A stretch of 64,000 nucleotides of DNA from Gammaproteobacteria bacterium (GCA_965116495.1 OZ220696.1:2080001-2144000), one strand, 5' to 3'. Numbered from the stretch's first letter, positions 8,924-20,276 are shown. Numbers and translations are program-made. Notes: a model not told the origin generated them from the letters alone.

Positions 8924-9514
8924 ATGAACCTCGGATTTCTTGCATCCCATAACGGATCGAACATGCAGGCCGTCATCGATGCCTGCCGCTCCGGCAGACT
9001 GAATGCCGACCCCGCAGTCGTCATCAGCAACAACCGGGATTCCGGCGCCCTGGAACGCGCCCGCAATGAAAATATTCCCTGGTTTCACCTGAGCGGCCGT
9101 ACTCACACGGATGCGCAGGACCTGGACAGGGAAGTCGTCGACGTCCTGCTCAACCATGATGTCAACCTGGTGATACTGGCAGGCTACATGAAGAAAATCG
9201 GCCCGGTCACGCTGGCAACTTTCCCGGGGCGTATCATCAACATCCACCCCGGCCTGCTACCCGAATACGGCGGTCAGGGTATGTACGGCCGATTCGTGCA
9301 TGAGGCAGTGATCGCGTCCGGCGATAAAGAAACCGGCGTAACTATCCATGTCGTAGACCCGGTATACGATCACGGTCCGATCCTGGCACAAACCGGGATC
9401 CCCGTAAAACCGGGAGATACCGCAGACAATCTGGCTGAACGCGTGCTAGCCGTTGAGCACGAATTCTACGTGGATACCATAGACCGGATTATCCGCGGCG
9501 AAATCCTGCTCTAA
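8924..9514 (+). CDS. purN: Phosphoribosylglycinamide formyltransferase
   Basis: ASHNGSNMQA, LAGYMK, NIHPGLLP, GVTIHVVD..YDHGPI. Confidence 0.93.
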   Translation: MNLGFLASHNGSNMQAVIDACRSGRLNADPAVVISNNRDSGALERARNENIPWFHLSGRTHTDAQDLDREVVDVLLNHDVNLVILAGYMKKIGPVTLATFPGRIINIHPGLLPEYGGQGMYGRFVHEAVIASGDKETGVTIHVVDPVYDHGPILAQTGIPVKPGDTADNLAERVLAVEHEFYVDTIDRIIRGEILL

Positions 9515-9586
9515 TATAACAGTATAGTTATACTTGATATTTATTACTAAACTGTTATAATATATAAATATAACATATTCGTTATA
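9515..9586. promoter_or_regulatory. Three palindromic operators TATAAC-N6-GTTATA at 27-bp spacing upstream of hipB
   Basis: Sites at 9515-9532, 9542-9559 (TATTAC variant) and 9569-9586. Confidence 0.75.
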
Positions 9587-9656
9587 TTTTAAGACACCCC
9601 TGATTGACTCTCAGAGATTCCTTGAATACTAATCAATCCACAAGCGCGAGAACACC

Positions 9657-9899
9657 ATGATACCTGTTACTTCACCCGAAAATCTGGGAAAAGTCCTTCG
9701 GCATTACAGAAAAAACCGGGGATTGACACAAGTTGAAGCAGGCGGCAAATTCAACCTGCCCCAGAAAACCGTTTCCACGATAGAGGCAGGAACTGCAGGT
9801 ATACGATTGGACACGGTATTTAAATACATGTCGGCGCTTGGCCTGGAAATGCATCTGGAACCCAGGAACAAACCGTCCGATGATGAGGCGCTCTGGTAA
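9657..9899 (+). CDS. hipB: HipB-like XRE helix-turn-helix antitoxin
   Basis: 80 aa, RKNRGLTQ...QKTVSTIE HTH; its stop overlaps the hipA start (TAATG). Confidence 0.85.
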   Translation: MIPVTSPENLGKVLRHYRKNRGLTQVEAGGKFNLPQKTVSTIEAGTAGIRLDTVFKYMSALGLEMHLEPRNKPSDDEALW

Positions 9900-11191
9900 T
9901 GGCGTCATCCCTGTTCATTTACATGAACGGCCATGAAGTTGGCGAATATATCCAGCGGAGCGGTGGTGTTCACGAACTTGTTTACAACGATTCATGGCTC
10001 GAACTCAGGGGGGCGCTTCCACTCTCCCTTTCTTTACCGCTTACGGACAAGCGACATAAGGGCGACGTGGTATACAACTATTTCGACAATATGTTGCCCG
10101 ATAGCATGGAAATTCGAAATAGAATCCAGGCCAGGTTCGGCGTCAAAACCAACCAGCCTTTCGATTTGCTCTCATGCATCGGTAAGGACTGCGTCGGCGC
10201 CATCCAACTCACAAACGGACGAACACAGATTGATGTAAAGAGAATTGAAGGCATACCTCTGAACGAAAAAGAGATCGCAGAAGAACTCAGAAACTACAAA
10301 GCGCTGCCGTTAGGCATGTCAAAAGACAGGGAATTCAGGATCTCCATTGCCGGTGTCCAGGAAAAAACCGCATTGCTCATGCACAAAGGACAATGGCAAC
10401 GTCCTGTGGGCGCAACGCCTACTACACACATCCTGAAATTACCGATTGGGAGAATTGACCATGCAGGTATCGACCTGTCGGGCAGTACTGAAAATGAGTG
10501 GATATGCCTCGAGATATTAAGGAGCTTCGGCCTGCCTGTTGCTGCCGCTCGTGTTGAGAAGTTCGAAGACATCAAAACGCTTGTGGTGGAGCGTTTTGAT
10601 CGGAAGGTTGCCGATAACAAATCCTGGATCATCCGCCTTCCGATAGAAGACATGTGCCAGGCAAACGGGATTGCGCCTGCCTTGAAATATGAAAATGAAG
10701 GCGGTCCCGGTATTACAAAAATCATGGAGCTACTCAGGTCTTCACTTTATGCGGAAGAAGACCGGTTCCGGTTCATGCAATCCGTCTTCCTGTACTGGTT
10801 GCTTGGCGCTATTGACGGCCATGCAAAAAACTTCAGTATTTTCCTGTACCAGGGCGGACGCTTTGAGCTGACTCCTTTCTACGACGTCATCTCGGCATAC
10901 CCACTCGCTGAGAAGCGCCAGGTTGAATACAGGGACTTGAAAATGGCGTTGGCCCTGCGCAGCAAAAATGTACATTATGCGTGGCATGAAATCATGCCGC
11001 GGCACTGGTTCAGTCATTCGGCAAAAGTCGATTTCCCCAAGGTACAGATGCAACAAATCATAGAGGATATCGCGGACAGGCTGGATTCAGTAATCGACAC
11101 GGCGGCAGCAAACATTCCCGCGGATTTTCCGGCCGGGGTAGCCGAACCGATTTTTGCCGGCATGAGAAGGTGTATGGAACGAATCACCTGA
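9899..11191 (+). CDS. hipA: HipA family serine/threonine kinase toxin
   Basis: PLSLSLP, IGKDCVGA, ISIAGVQEK, PTTHILKLPIG, LVVERFDR, DGHAKNFS, LTPFYDVISA. Confidence 0.93.
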   Translation: MASSLFIYMNGHEVGEYIQRSGGVHELVYNDSWLELRGALPLSLSLPLTDKRHKGDVVYNYFDNMLPDSMEIRNRIQARFGVKTNQPFDLLSCIGKDCVGAIQLTNGRTQIDVKRIEGIPLNEKEIAEELRNYKALPLGMSKDREFRISIAGVQEKTALLMHKGQWQRPVGATPTTHILKLPIGRIDHAGIDLSGSTENEWICLEILRSFGLPVAAARVEKFEDIKTLVVERFDRKVADNKSWIIRLPIEDMCQANGIAPALKYENEGGPGITKIMELLRSSLYAEEDRFRFMQSVFLYWLLGAIDGHAKNFSIFLYQGGRFELTPFYDVISAYPLAEKRQVEYRDLKMALALRSKNVHYAWHEIMPRHWFSHSAKVDFPKVQMQQIIEDIADRLDSVIDTAAANIPADFPAGVAEPIFAGMRRCMERIT

Positions 11192-11218
11192 CGGGAGTCG
11201 TAGCCCTCGGCCCCTTTT

Positions 11219-11632
11219 CTATTCGACGGTTATCGTGATCCTCTCTGACATGACGGGAGGTTCATGGGGGATATGGGCGAAATCACCCAGCAGGAGTTGC
11301 AGGGTGCGGACACCGGGAGGGAGGTCCAGGGTGGCTTCGGTCTGCCCCTTGCCGAAGTGGAGGTGATTCTCATCGTTGATGATCGGCAGGTTCAGGGGTG
11401 GTACATCGATATCCACCAGCAGATGATGATGGCCCGTATCATTGTACTTGATACCCGCGGGCGCGACTCCCATGTTGTTCAGGCCAAAACGGACGGTGAT
11501 CGGGTTTGACAACGTCGCCCCGTCAACAGGCGAGATGAAATAAAGTTCTGCATTTTCCGCCGCCGGCGTTCTCTCCTGGGCATAACCGGGAAGCGTGCAA
11601 AGTGCCAGGATAAGGATAATCAGTCTATACAT
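11219..11632 (-). CDS. Exported DUF4399-like protein
   Basis: Signal peptide; FISPVDG, GVAPAG, TGHHHLLVD, HFGKGQTE. Confidence 0.75.
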   Translation of the reverse strand: MYRLIILILALCTLPGYAQERTPAAENAELYFISPVDGATLSNPITVRFGLNNMGVAPAGIKYNDTGHHHLLVDIDVPPLNLPIINDENHLHFGKGQTEATLDLPPGVRTLQLLLGDFAHIPHEPPVMSERITITVE

Positions 11633-11805
11633 TTGCGTACCTCTTCAACACTGAGTTCCCGGCAAGTTTATCACAAGGCAGAGATAAATTCGGTAATGCG
11701 AACGCAGATGTATCTTTTGCCATATCAAGATCAATTTATTAACATATTCCAATAATCAGAAATTTTTAGTTTTTAATTCCTGATTATCACTTCATAACTA
11801 AAATA

Positions 11806-14304
11806 ATGTTGGTTAATCAGATAACAGCAATTTACGACCGGTATATCCTGGGGCGGCCCGGGCTGGTGCTGCTGGCGCTCCTCGCCGTATTTGCTTTCTT
11901 TGCCTGGCATTCCAGGGATTTCAAACTGGATGCCTCCACCGATACACTTATACTGGAAAGCGACAAGGACCTGCGCATACTGCGCCAGGTGAACAAACGA
12001 TACGAAACACGGGAGTTCCTGGTCGTGACGTTCACGCCCGACGCGGACCTGTTTTCAGTATCGTCGCTGGAAACGGTTCTTCAATTGCGTGAGGATTTGA
12101 AACAGGTACCGGGCGTCGCATCGGTGTTCTCCCTGGTCGATGCCCCGCTGGTCAAGATCGTCGGCGGAAAACTGGCCGAGGTAGCAACGAATTATCGTAC
12201 CCTTGAGGATCCGGCTGTAGACCGAGCCCGGGCCCGGGAAGAACTGTTGGCCAGCCCGGTATTCCTCGACCTGCTCATCAGCCAGGATGCCAGCACAACG
12301 GCGCTGCAGGTCAACCTGAAAAACAAGGTGATCTTTACCGATGCACAGAAAAGGAAAAATGAACTGCTGATCAAGCAGGACGGCGAGGGACTGACTGAAG
12401 CGGAACAGCAGGAACTGGCAGATACCTTGGAACAGTATGATGAGATCAAGGAAGAGGTCAACCGGATCAATCACGAGACCGTGGCGGCAACCCGTGCGGT
12501 GATGGACCGGTACCGGGACCGGGGGACTCTCTACCTGGGCGGCATTCCCATGATCGCGGATGACATGATCACGTTCATCAAGAACGACCTGCTGGTGTTC
12601 GGCGCCGGCGTGTTTGCCTTCCTGGTGATTATGTTGTCGATCATTTTCCGTCAACCCCGTTTTGTCCTGCTGCCGCTGTGCAGTTGTGTATTCGCAGTGG
12701 TCATCATGATGGGCCTGCTGGGCCTCACCGGCTGGCCGGTCACGGTCATATCGTCCAATTTCATTTCCCTGATGCTCATCCTTACCATGTCGATGAACGT
12801 ACACCTGATCGTGCGTTACCGGCAACTCAGCCGTGACTTTGCCGGGCAAAACCAGATCGAACTGGTTTCCAATACCGTCCGGCGCATGGTCTGGCCCTGC
12901 CTGTATACCGCGCTGACCACCATGATCGGGTTCGGCTCCCTGGTAGTCAGCGATATCAAGCCCGTGATCGATTTCGGCTGGATGATGACCCTGGGACTCA
13001 GCGTTACCTTCATGACATCCTTCCTGTTGTTTCCGACCATACTGATATCCCTTGATAAAAGGATCACCGCCCCGGGGAAGCAGGAAGTACCGTTCACCGC
13101 TTCCCTGGCAAGGATCACCGAAAAATTCGGTAACGCTGTGGTGGTGACCGCGCTGCTGCTGGCCGCGCTCAGCCTTTACGGCGTATCCAGACTCAAGGTC
13201 GAGAACAGCTTCGTCAATTATTTCAGCGACGCTACGGAAATACACCAGGGCCTGAAACTGATCGACAATGAACTTGGCGGTACTGCGCCGATGGACGTCG
13301 TGCTCAAATTCGACCCTGTCAAGGAGTTCGGAGAAGAAGATGAGTTGCTGGAAGGGGATGATGAGTTTGACGACCTGGACAACTTGTTCGGCGGCTTCGA
13401 TGATGAACCCGCAGACCCCGCGGATGGCTGGTTTACCGACTACAAGATCGACCGCATCAAGGCGGTTCACGACTACCTGGACAGCCTGCCGGCAGTAGGC
13501 AAGGTACTGTCGCTGGCTTCGGTCCTGCGCCTGGCCGAAGACCTGAATGAGGGTGAGGAGTTCGACGCCTTCGAACTCGCGGTCATCAACAAAAAATTGC
13601 CCCCGGAAATCAAGGAACAACTGATTGATCCGTATATCTCCATTGCGGACAACGAAGCCCGCATCAATATACGCATCCTTGATTCCCTTCCCGATTTGCG
13701 CCGCAAGCAGTTCCTGGAAAAAATCGACGCGGACCTGCGCACGGAACTGGGCCTGACCGGGGATGAGTTCCAGGTCAGCGGCATGATGGTGTTATACAAC
13801 AACATGCTGCAAAGCCTGTTCACTTCCCAGATCGAAACCCTGGGTGTCGTGATGCTGGGTATTGCCTTGATGCTCCTGGTCCTGTTCCGTTCATTCTCCC
13901 TTGCCCTCATCGGCATCCTGCCGAATATCCTGGCCGCCGGTATCATCCTGGGCCTGATGGGTATCCTGGATATTCCCCTGGATATGATGACGATAACCAT
14001 TGCCGCCATCACTATCGGCATCGCGGTGGACAACAGCATTCATTATATCTACCGCTTTCGCGAGGAATACCCCGGCAAAGCCGACTATGTGGCGACACTC
14101 CATTATTGTCATGCCAACATAGGCCGGGCCGTTTTCTACACGGCGATCACGATCATCATCGGTTTTTCAATCCTGGTGATGTCCAATTTCATACCGACCA
14201 TCTATTTCGGCCTGCTCACCGCCCTGGCCATGTTCATCGCCCTGCTGGCGGCTCTTACCCTGCTGCCGAAACTTATTCTCATATTCCGGCCATTCCGGAA
14301 ATAG
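11806..14304 (+). CDS. MMPL/RND superfamily transporter
   Basis: 832 aa with two repeats of TM1 + periplasmic loop + TM bundle; GIAVDNSIH motif; acidic periplasmic loop. Confidence 0.85.
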   Translation: MLVNQITAIYDRYILGRPGLVLLALLAVFAFFAWHSRDFKLDASTDTLILESDKDLRILRQVNKRYETREFLVVTFTPDADLFSVSSLETVLQLREDLKQVPGVASVFSLVDAPLVKIVGGKLAEVATNYRTLEDPAVDRARAREELLASPVFLDLLISQDASTTALQVNLKNKVIFTDAQKRKNELLIKQDGEGLTEAEQQELADTLEQYDEIKEEVNRINHETVAATRAVMDRYRDRGTLYLGGIPMIADDMITFIKNDLLVFGAGVFAFLVIMLSIIFRQPRFVLLPLCSCVFAVVIMMGLLGLTGWPVTVISSNFISLMLILTMSMNVHLIVRYRQLSRDFAGQNQIELVSNTVRRMVWPCLYTALTTMIGFGSLVVSDIKPVIDFGWMMTLGLSVTFMTSFLLFPTILISLDKRITAPGKQEVPFTASLARITEKFGNAVVVTALLLAALSLYGVSRLKVENSFVNYFSDATEIHQGLKLIDNELGGTAPMDVVLKFDPVKEFGEEDELLEGDDEFDDLDNLFGGFDDEPADPADGWFTDYKIDRIKAVHDYLDSLPAVGKVLSLASVLRLAEDLNEGEEFDAFELAVINKKLPPEIKEQLIDPYISIADNEARINIRILDSLPDLRRKQFLEKIDADLRTELGLTGDEFQVSGMMVLYNNMLQSLFTSQIETLGVVMLGIALMLLVLFRSFSLALIGILPNILAAGIILGLMGILDIPLDMMTITIAAITIGIAVDNSIHYIYRFREEYPGKADYVATLHYCHANIGRAVFYTAITIIIGFSILVMSNFIPTIYFGLLTALAMFIALLAALTLLPKLILIFRPFRK

Positions 14305-14374
14305 AGTGGGATATTTGGGAACTTTGCCAAATTAATTCTTTCTCAAATGTCAGGATCAAATTAGAATATGAGGT

Positions 14375-14643
14375 CTAGTACTCTTTCAACTTAATATTGA
14401 CATGTTCAGAGCCACACAGCGACGTCAAGACAAGGCGCAGCCCGCAGAGAATGGCGCGCCCTTCTCAAAGGCTGCAACGCCGTATTGGCGTCGCTGTGTG
14501 GCTCCCTGCGGGCGGGCCGGGAAGCGGTCGCCCGCGGCGTTACACCGCTTGGCAAGGGCGCGCCATTACCTGCGCGGCGTGCCTTGCGCTCAACCGCTTC
14601 CCGACCCGCTGAACATGTCAATATTAAGTTGAAAGAGTACTAG
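14375..14643. mobile_element. MITE-like element with perfect 35-bp terminal inverted repeats
   Basis: ctagtactctttcaacttaatattgacatgttcag at 14375-14409 and its exact reverse complement at 14609-14643; the internal halves are also inverted-similar; no transposase. Confidence 0.88.
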
Positions 14644-14676
14644 TCCCATACTTATTCAATCAGGAGAAATCAAACC

Positions 14677-15309
14677 ATGAAACGGAAAGTTGGCATTTTA
14701 ATGATTTTGCTGTTGCCGGCGTTAGCGATAACTGCGTCCGCGGCTGATGATATAGGCGAGCCGAAAGAGATCATTCTCGCCACGGTCGATGGCGTGATTG
14801 CACGTATCACTGAAGAAAGGGAAAAACTTGATGCGCAACCGGATATAGTCTATGACCTGATAAATGACCTGATCATCCCCGTCTTCGATTTCAACAATAT
14901 GTCGAGATGGATACTGGGCAAGTACTGGAGCCAGGCTACCGAAGAACAACGCACTGTATTCACCGCTGAATTCAAAGCCCTGCTGGTGCGTACCTATGCC
15001 AAGGCGGTGCTGGGATTTACCAACGAGAGAGTCAATTACCTGGAGACCCTGACGGGTTCCAAACCCAATATCGTTATGGTGAAAACCGAGATCGTCTCGG
15101 ACAGCGGTATCACGCCGGTCAATTACACCATGCATATCAGTGACGGCAGCTGGAAGGTGGTAAATGTCGCCTTTGAAGGGATTAGCCTGGTAGAGACATA
15201 CCGGAAATCGTTTGCCTCCGAGATTCGCAACAACGGTCTTGAATCATTGATTCAAAAACTGGTAGACAAAAACGAGAAGCTGGAACAATCGTTGACCGAT
15301 AGTGCATAA
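14677..15309 (+). CDS. mlaC: MlaC/Ttg2D family phospholipid-binding protein
   Basis: Signal peptide; FDFNNMSRWILGKYW, LLVRTY, WKVVNVAFEGISLV. Confidence 0.85.
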   Translation: MKRKVGILMILLLPALAITASAADDIGEPKEIILATVDGVIARITEEREKLDAQPDIVYDLINDLIIPVFDFNNMSRWILGKYWSQATEEQRTVFTAEFKALLVRTYAKAVLGFTNERVNYLETLTGSKPNIVMVKTEIVSDSGITPVNYTMHISDGSWKVVNVAFEGISLVETYRKSFASEIRNNGLESLIQKLVDKNEKLEQSLTDSA

Positions 15310-15338
15310 GGTTTATCCGCGCCGAACCGGGGAATTCC

Positions 15339-15599
15339 ATGCAGGTTGAAGATATTACAAGATTGATCGAGGCCGGTGTGCCGGGCAGTGAGGTCGAGGT
15401 GGAGGGCGATGGTACGCACTTCACGGCAATCATCGTAAGCGATATATTTGCCGGTAAAAACATGGTCCAGCAGCATCAGGTAGTCTACAAGGCACTGGGT
15501 GACAAAATGGGAACAGACATCCATGCGCTCTCCATACAGACCTACACACCGGAACAATGGAAGAAAAAGAGCTCACTTCGGGTCATATCTGCTACCTGA
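15339..15599 (+). CDS. ibaG: BolA/IbaG family protein
   Basis: GDGTHF...FAGKNMVQQHQVVY...IHALSI; directly upstream of murA. Confidence 0.88.
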   Translation: MQVEDITRLIEAGVPGSEVEVEGDGTHFTAIIVSDIFAGKNMVQQHQVVYKALGDKMGTDIHALSIQTYTPEQWKKKSSLRVISAT

Positions 15600-16874
<1,275 letters not shown>

Positions 16875-16898
16875 ACCAACATTTCTGGGGTAATATAT

Positions 16899-16967
16899 GG
16901 GGTCAGAGTAAAATTCGTCGAGATTCAGGATTTAACCACTGTATCGAAATAATTTTACTCTGACCCC
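16899..16967. repeat. REP-like inverted pair GGGGTCAGAGTAAAATT
   Basis: Perfect 17-bp inverted repeat with a 35-bp spacer; same family at 59086-59156. Confidence 0.8.
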
Positions 16968-16991
16968 GGAAATTTCTGATCCCAAACTTTC

Positions 16992-17624
16992 ATGAATGAC
17001 GGAATCACCATCGCAATCTCCAAGGGGCGGATTCTTGCAGAATCCCTGCCCTTGCTTGCGCGCGCCGATATCCGGCCCCTGGATGATCCCGGCACTACCC
17101 GCAAACTCATTTTTGAGACCAACCATTCCGGGGTACGGCTGATTGTCATCCGCGCGGCTGACGTGCCCACCTACGTGTTGAACGGCGGCGCCGATCTCGG
17201 TATCGCCGGGAAGGACGTGTTGATGGAAAGTGACAGCGATAACCTGTACGAGCCGTTGGATCTGGATATCGCTCGCTGCAGCCTGATGCTGGCCGGACCG
17301 CAAGACGTATCGGAGATGACGGGCCGCTTGCGCATTGCTACGAAATACGTTACGACAACCCGGAACTTTTTTGCCGAAAGAGGCCAGCAGGTGGAAATCA
17401 TCAAGTTATACGGCTCTATGGAGCTGGCGCCCGTACTGGGATTGTCCGACCTGATAGTCGACCTGGTAAACAGCGGCAATACTCTGAAACAGAACGGTCT
17501 GGTTCCACTGGAGAAGATAGCGGATATCAGTTCCCGCCTCATCGTCAACAAGGCAGCCATGAAAATGAAACAGGAGATGATTAAACCTCTTGTTACGCGC
17601 CTGGCCGGGGTCATCTCCCAGTGA
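16992..17624 (+). CDS. hisG: ATP phosphoribosyltransferase, short form
   Basis: [38 protein letters not shown]; 210 aa, no C-terminal regulatory domain. Confidence 0.95.
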   Translation: MNDGITIAISKGRILAESLPLLARADIRPLDDPGTTRKLIFETNHSGVRLIVIRAADVPTYVLNGGADLGIAGKDVLMESDSDNLYEPLDLDIARCSLMLAGPQDVSEMTGRLRIATKYVTTTRNFFAERGQQVEIIKLYGSMELAPVLGLSDLIVDLVNSGNTLKQNGLVPLEKIADISSRLIVNKAAMKMKQEMIKPLVTRLAGVISQ

Positions 17625-18922
17625 TACGTATCACCAGACTGACCGGTTCCGATGCGCAGTTTGAACACCATTTTGCGCAACTGCTCGGCGGCAACGAAAC
17701 CCTGGACCCGGAATTGACCGCGACCGTCTCGAGCATACTGAAAGACGTCAGGGACAACGGTGTTACTGCCCTGGTGGAATACACCAACCGGTTTGACCAT
17801 CGTTCCATTGGCAACGATGACCTGGAAGTGGCAAAAACGGCTTTGCAACAGGCCCTGCCGGCCATACCGGCAGACCTGTGCCAGGCGCTGGAGCACGCCG
17901 CCGCGCGTATACGTGAGTATCACCAGCATCAAAAAGGCCGGTCATGGAGTTACCGGGACCAGGACGGTTCGACCCTGGGACAGCGCATTACCCCCCTGGA
18001 CAGGGTAGGCATTTACGTTCCGGGCGGCAAGGCGGCTTATCCGTCATCGGTATTGATGAATGCCATACCGGCGCGAGTGGCAGGCGTCAGGGAAATCGTC
18101 ATGGTTGTACCTGCCGTAAACGACGAAATCAGCCCCGTCGTCCTGGCTGCCGCACAAGTGGCAGGGGTCGACCGGGTGTTTTCCATTGGCGGGGCGCAGG
18201 CTATCGCAGCCCTGGCCTATGGCGCAGGACCTGTCCCCGCGGTTGACAAGATCGTCGGGCCGGGGAACCGCTACGTCGCGGCCGCCAAACGGCTTGTTTT
18301 CGGCATTGTGGGGATAGATATGATCGCAGGCCCGTCCGAGGTGGTGATCGTTGCGGACGAGAGCGCCGACCCCGACTGGATCACCATGGATATGTTCGCC
18401 CAGGCAGAGCACGACGAGGATGCCAGGGCTATCCTGGTAACTGCCGACGCAAGTCTGCCGGACCGGGTCGAAGCCTCAATTAACCGGCAGATTACACAGA
18501 TGGAACGCGCCGGTATTATCCGCACTGCAATGGAAAACAACGGTGCGCTGATCCTGGCCGGGGATGTGGAACAGGCATGTGCTATCGTCAACCGGCTTGC
18601 GCCTGAGCACCTGGAACTCGCCGTACAGGATCCGGACAGGTACCTGGCAGGTATCAGGCATGCCGGCGCAATCTTCCTGGGACATTTTGCCGCAGAAGCC
18701 CTGGGAGATTACTGCGCAGGCCCGAATCACGTCCTGCCCACCAGCAGAACCGCCAGGTTCTCATCCCCGCTCGGGGTCTATGATTTCCAGAAACGTTCAT
18801 CGCTGATTGAATGCAGCGCGGCATCCGCCTCCCGGCTTGCAGAAACCGCAACGGTCCTGGCCCGCGCCGAAGGGCTGTCGGCCCACGCCCGCTCCGCAGG
18901 ACTGCGCATGAAAGAGAATTGA
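17621..18922 (+). CDS. hisD: Histidinol dehydrogenase
   Basis: [45 protein letters not shown]. Confidence 0.97.
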   Translation: MIRITRLTGSDAQFEHHFAQLLGGNETLDPELTATVSSILKDVRDNGVTALVEYTNRFDHRSIGNDDLEVAKTALQQALPAIPADLCQALEHAAARIREYHQHQKGRSWSYRDQDGSTLGQRITPLDRVGIYVPGGKAAYPSSVLMNAIPARVAGVREIVMVVPAVNDEISPVVLAAAQVAGVDRVFSIGGAQAIAALAYGAGPVPAVDKIVGPGNRYVAAAKRLVFGIVGIDMIAGPSEVVIVADESADPDWITMDMFAQAEHDEDARAILVTADASLPDRVEASINRQITQMERAGIIRTAMENNGALILAGDVEQACAIVNRLAPEHLELAVQDPDRYLAGIRHAGAIFLGHFAAEALGDYCAGPNHVLPTSRTARFSSPLGVYDFQKRSSLIECSAASASRLAETATVLARAEGLSAHARSAGLRMKEN

Positions 18923-18923
18923 A

Positions 18924-18957
18924 AAAGAGTCGCCTTTCAGGCGACACAGTATTGACT
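18924..18957. terminator. Hairpin repeat GTCGCCT-TTC-AGGCGAC between the convergent hisD and degS genes
   Basis: Stem-loop; a near-identical inverted copy lies at 24937-24971. Confidence 0.6.
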
Positions 18958-18961
18958 CAAA

Positions 18962-20083
18962 TCACTGCATGAGGGCAGGCCGTTTCCCTACCCGCACGTT
19001 CAGCGTCTCTTTTTCCCAGCCGCGCAGGAGTTCCACTTCTATCATTGCGCCCGGTTTTACCTGGGAGATCAGGTTGATCGTGTATTGCGGGTTATGCAAC
19101 GGTTTGCCGTCGACCCTGGTCATGATATCGCCGGGCATGATGCCGGCCTGGTCGGCGGGGCCGCCGTTGAAAACGGCCGCGACCAGTATGCCGCTTTCAT
19201 CCAGGCCTGTCGCGTCGATGATATCCTGAGGAACAATCTGCGCCTCGATGCCGACCCAGCCGCGGATAACGTGACCGTATTCAATGATTTGCCGCATTAC
19301 ATCCAAGGCCAGGTTGGTCGGAATAGCCAGACCGATGCCCTGGGAACCGCCGCTGCTGGAAATAATGGCGGTGTTGATCCCGATCAATTCTCCCCGCGCG
19401 GAAACCAGCGCCCCGCCCGAGTTGCCCGGGTTGATATCGGCATCGGTCTGGATATAATTTTCGAATGTCGTAATGCCCACCCGGTTGCGCCCGGTGGCGC
19501 TGACGATACCCTGGGTGACCGTCTGGCCGAAATCATAAGGATTGCCTATAGCCAAGACGACGTCTCCGACCTTTACCCGGCCTGAATCGCTGGAAGGCGC
19601 GACGTGCAGGTCATCCAGTTCTGTTTTCAATACGGCCAGGTCGGTCTCCGCGTCGATACCCACGACCTGCGCGGGCGCCTGGCGGCCGTCGTGCAGGGTG
19701 ACGAGAATCTCATCGGCCTTGTTGATGACGTGGGCATTGGTAAGCAGGTAACCCTGCCGGTCCATAATCACCCCGGAACCCAGATTGCTGTTGCGCCGCT
19801 CAGCCGGAACCGGAGAGCCGAAAAAACGGCGGAACAAGGGGTCGTGGAACAGGGGATGAACCGTTCTCCGTTCGATCTGTGTGGCATAGACGTTCACCAC
19901 TGCCGGCGCCACCGCGGCCACCGCCTCACTGTAGGAAACAACACCCTCCCGGCCGCGCAGGATGCCATTGCCGTCCTGGGCCGAATACAGGCCGGGGAAC
20001 AAATACAGCAGGATGAACGCGGCGGCCAGGCCGGCAACAGCGGACCGGACAAAAAATTTCAAATGATTACCCACAGATGACAC
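18962..20083 (-). CDS. degS: DegS/AlgW-type trypsin-like serine protease with one PDZ domain
   Basis: N-terminal membrane anchor, LGSGVI, LTNAHV, DLAVLK, INPGNSGG, single PDZ. Exact start codon uncertain. Confidence 0.85.
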   Translation of the reverse strand: MSSVGNHLKFFVRSAVAGLAAAFILLYLFPGLYSAQDGNGILRGREGVVSYSEAVAAVAPAVVNVYATQIERRTVHPLFHDPLFRRFFGSPVPAERRNSNLGSGVIMDRQGYLLTNAHVINKADEILVTLHDGRQAPAQVVGIDAETDLAVLKTELDDLHVAPSSDSGRVKVGDVVLAIGNPYDFGQTVTQGIVSATGRNRVGITTFENYIQTDADINPGNSGGALVSARGELIGINTAIISSSGGSQGIGLAIPTNLALDVMRQIIEYGHVIRGWVGIEAQIVPQDIIDATGLDESGILVAAVFNGGPADQAGIMPGDIMTRVDGKPLHNPQYTINLISQVKPGAMIEVELLRGWEKETLNVRVGKRPALMQ

Positions 20084-20276
20084 AGATTAACACAGATTAT
20101 TAAGTAAGATTCAGGGTGGAAACTCATCTACCATTCTTGCACACATCTACCATTCCTACGCAAGCAAGAATCCAGTAAAAATAACACTTCATTATTTTTA
20201 GGATAATCTCTTGTTATCTACTGGCCTCCCATCCCCATTTATAATACTCACCTGTGCTAACCTGTGTCATCTGTGG
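20071..20276. repeat. Inverted pair of CACAGAT tandem repeats flanking an AT-rich remnant
   Basis: ccacagatgacacagattaacacagat (20071-20097) versus acctgtgctaacctgtgtcatctgtgg (20250-20276). Confidence 0.7.

Noticed and set aside
13320-13420. Highly acidic stretch in the MMPL protein
   Set aside because: A low-complexity protein loop with no DNA-level repeat or palindrome; probably a family feature.
12055-13620. 521-aa minus-strand ORF, and similar long ORFs at 30894..31796, 35149..36138, 36193..37305, 37238..38194 and 40961..41998
   Set aside because: They lie antisense to well-supported genes and carry no recognisable motifs; expected from codon bias in GC-rich genes.
14397-14632. Short ORFs of 71-76 aa
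   Set aside because: Entirely inside the MITE, with no transposase motifs.
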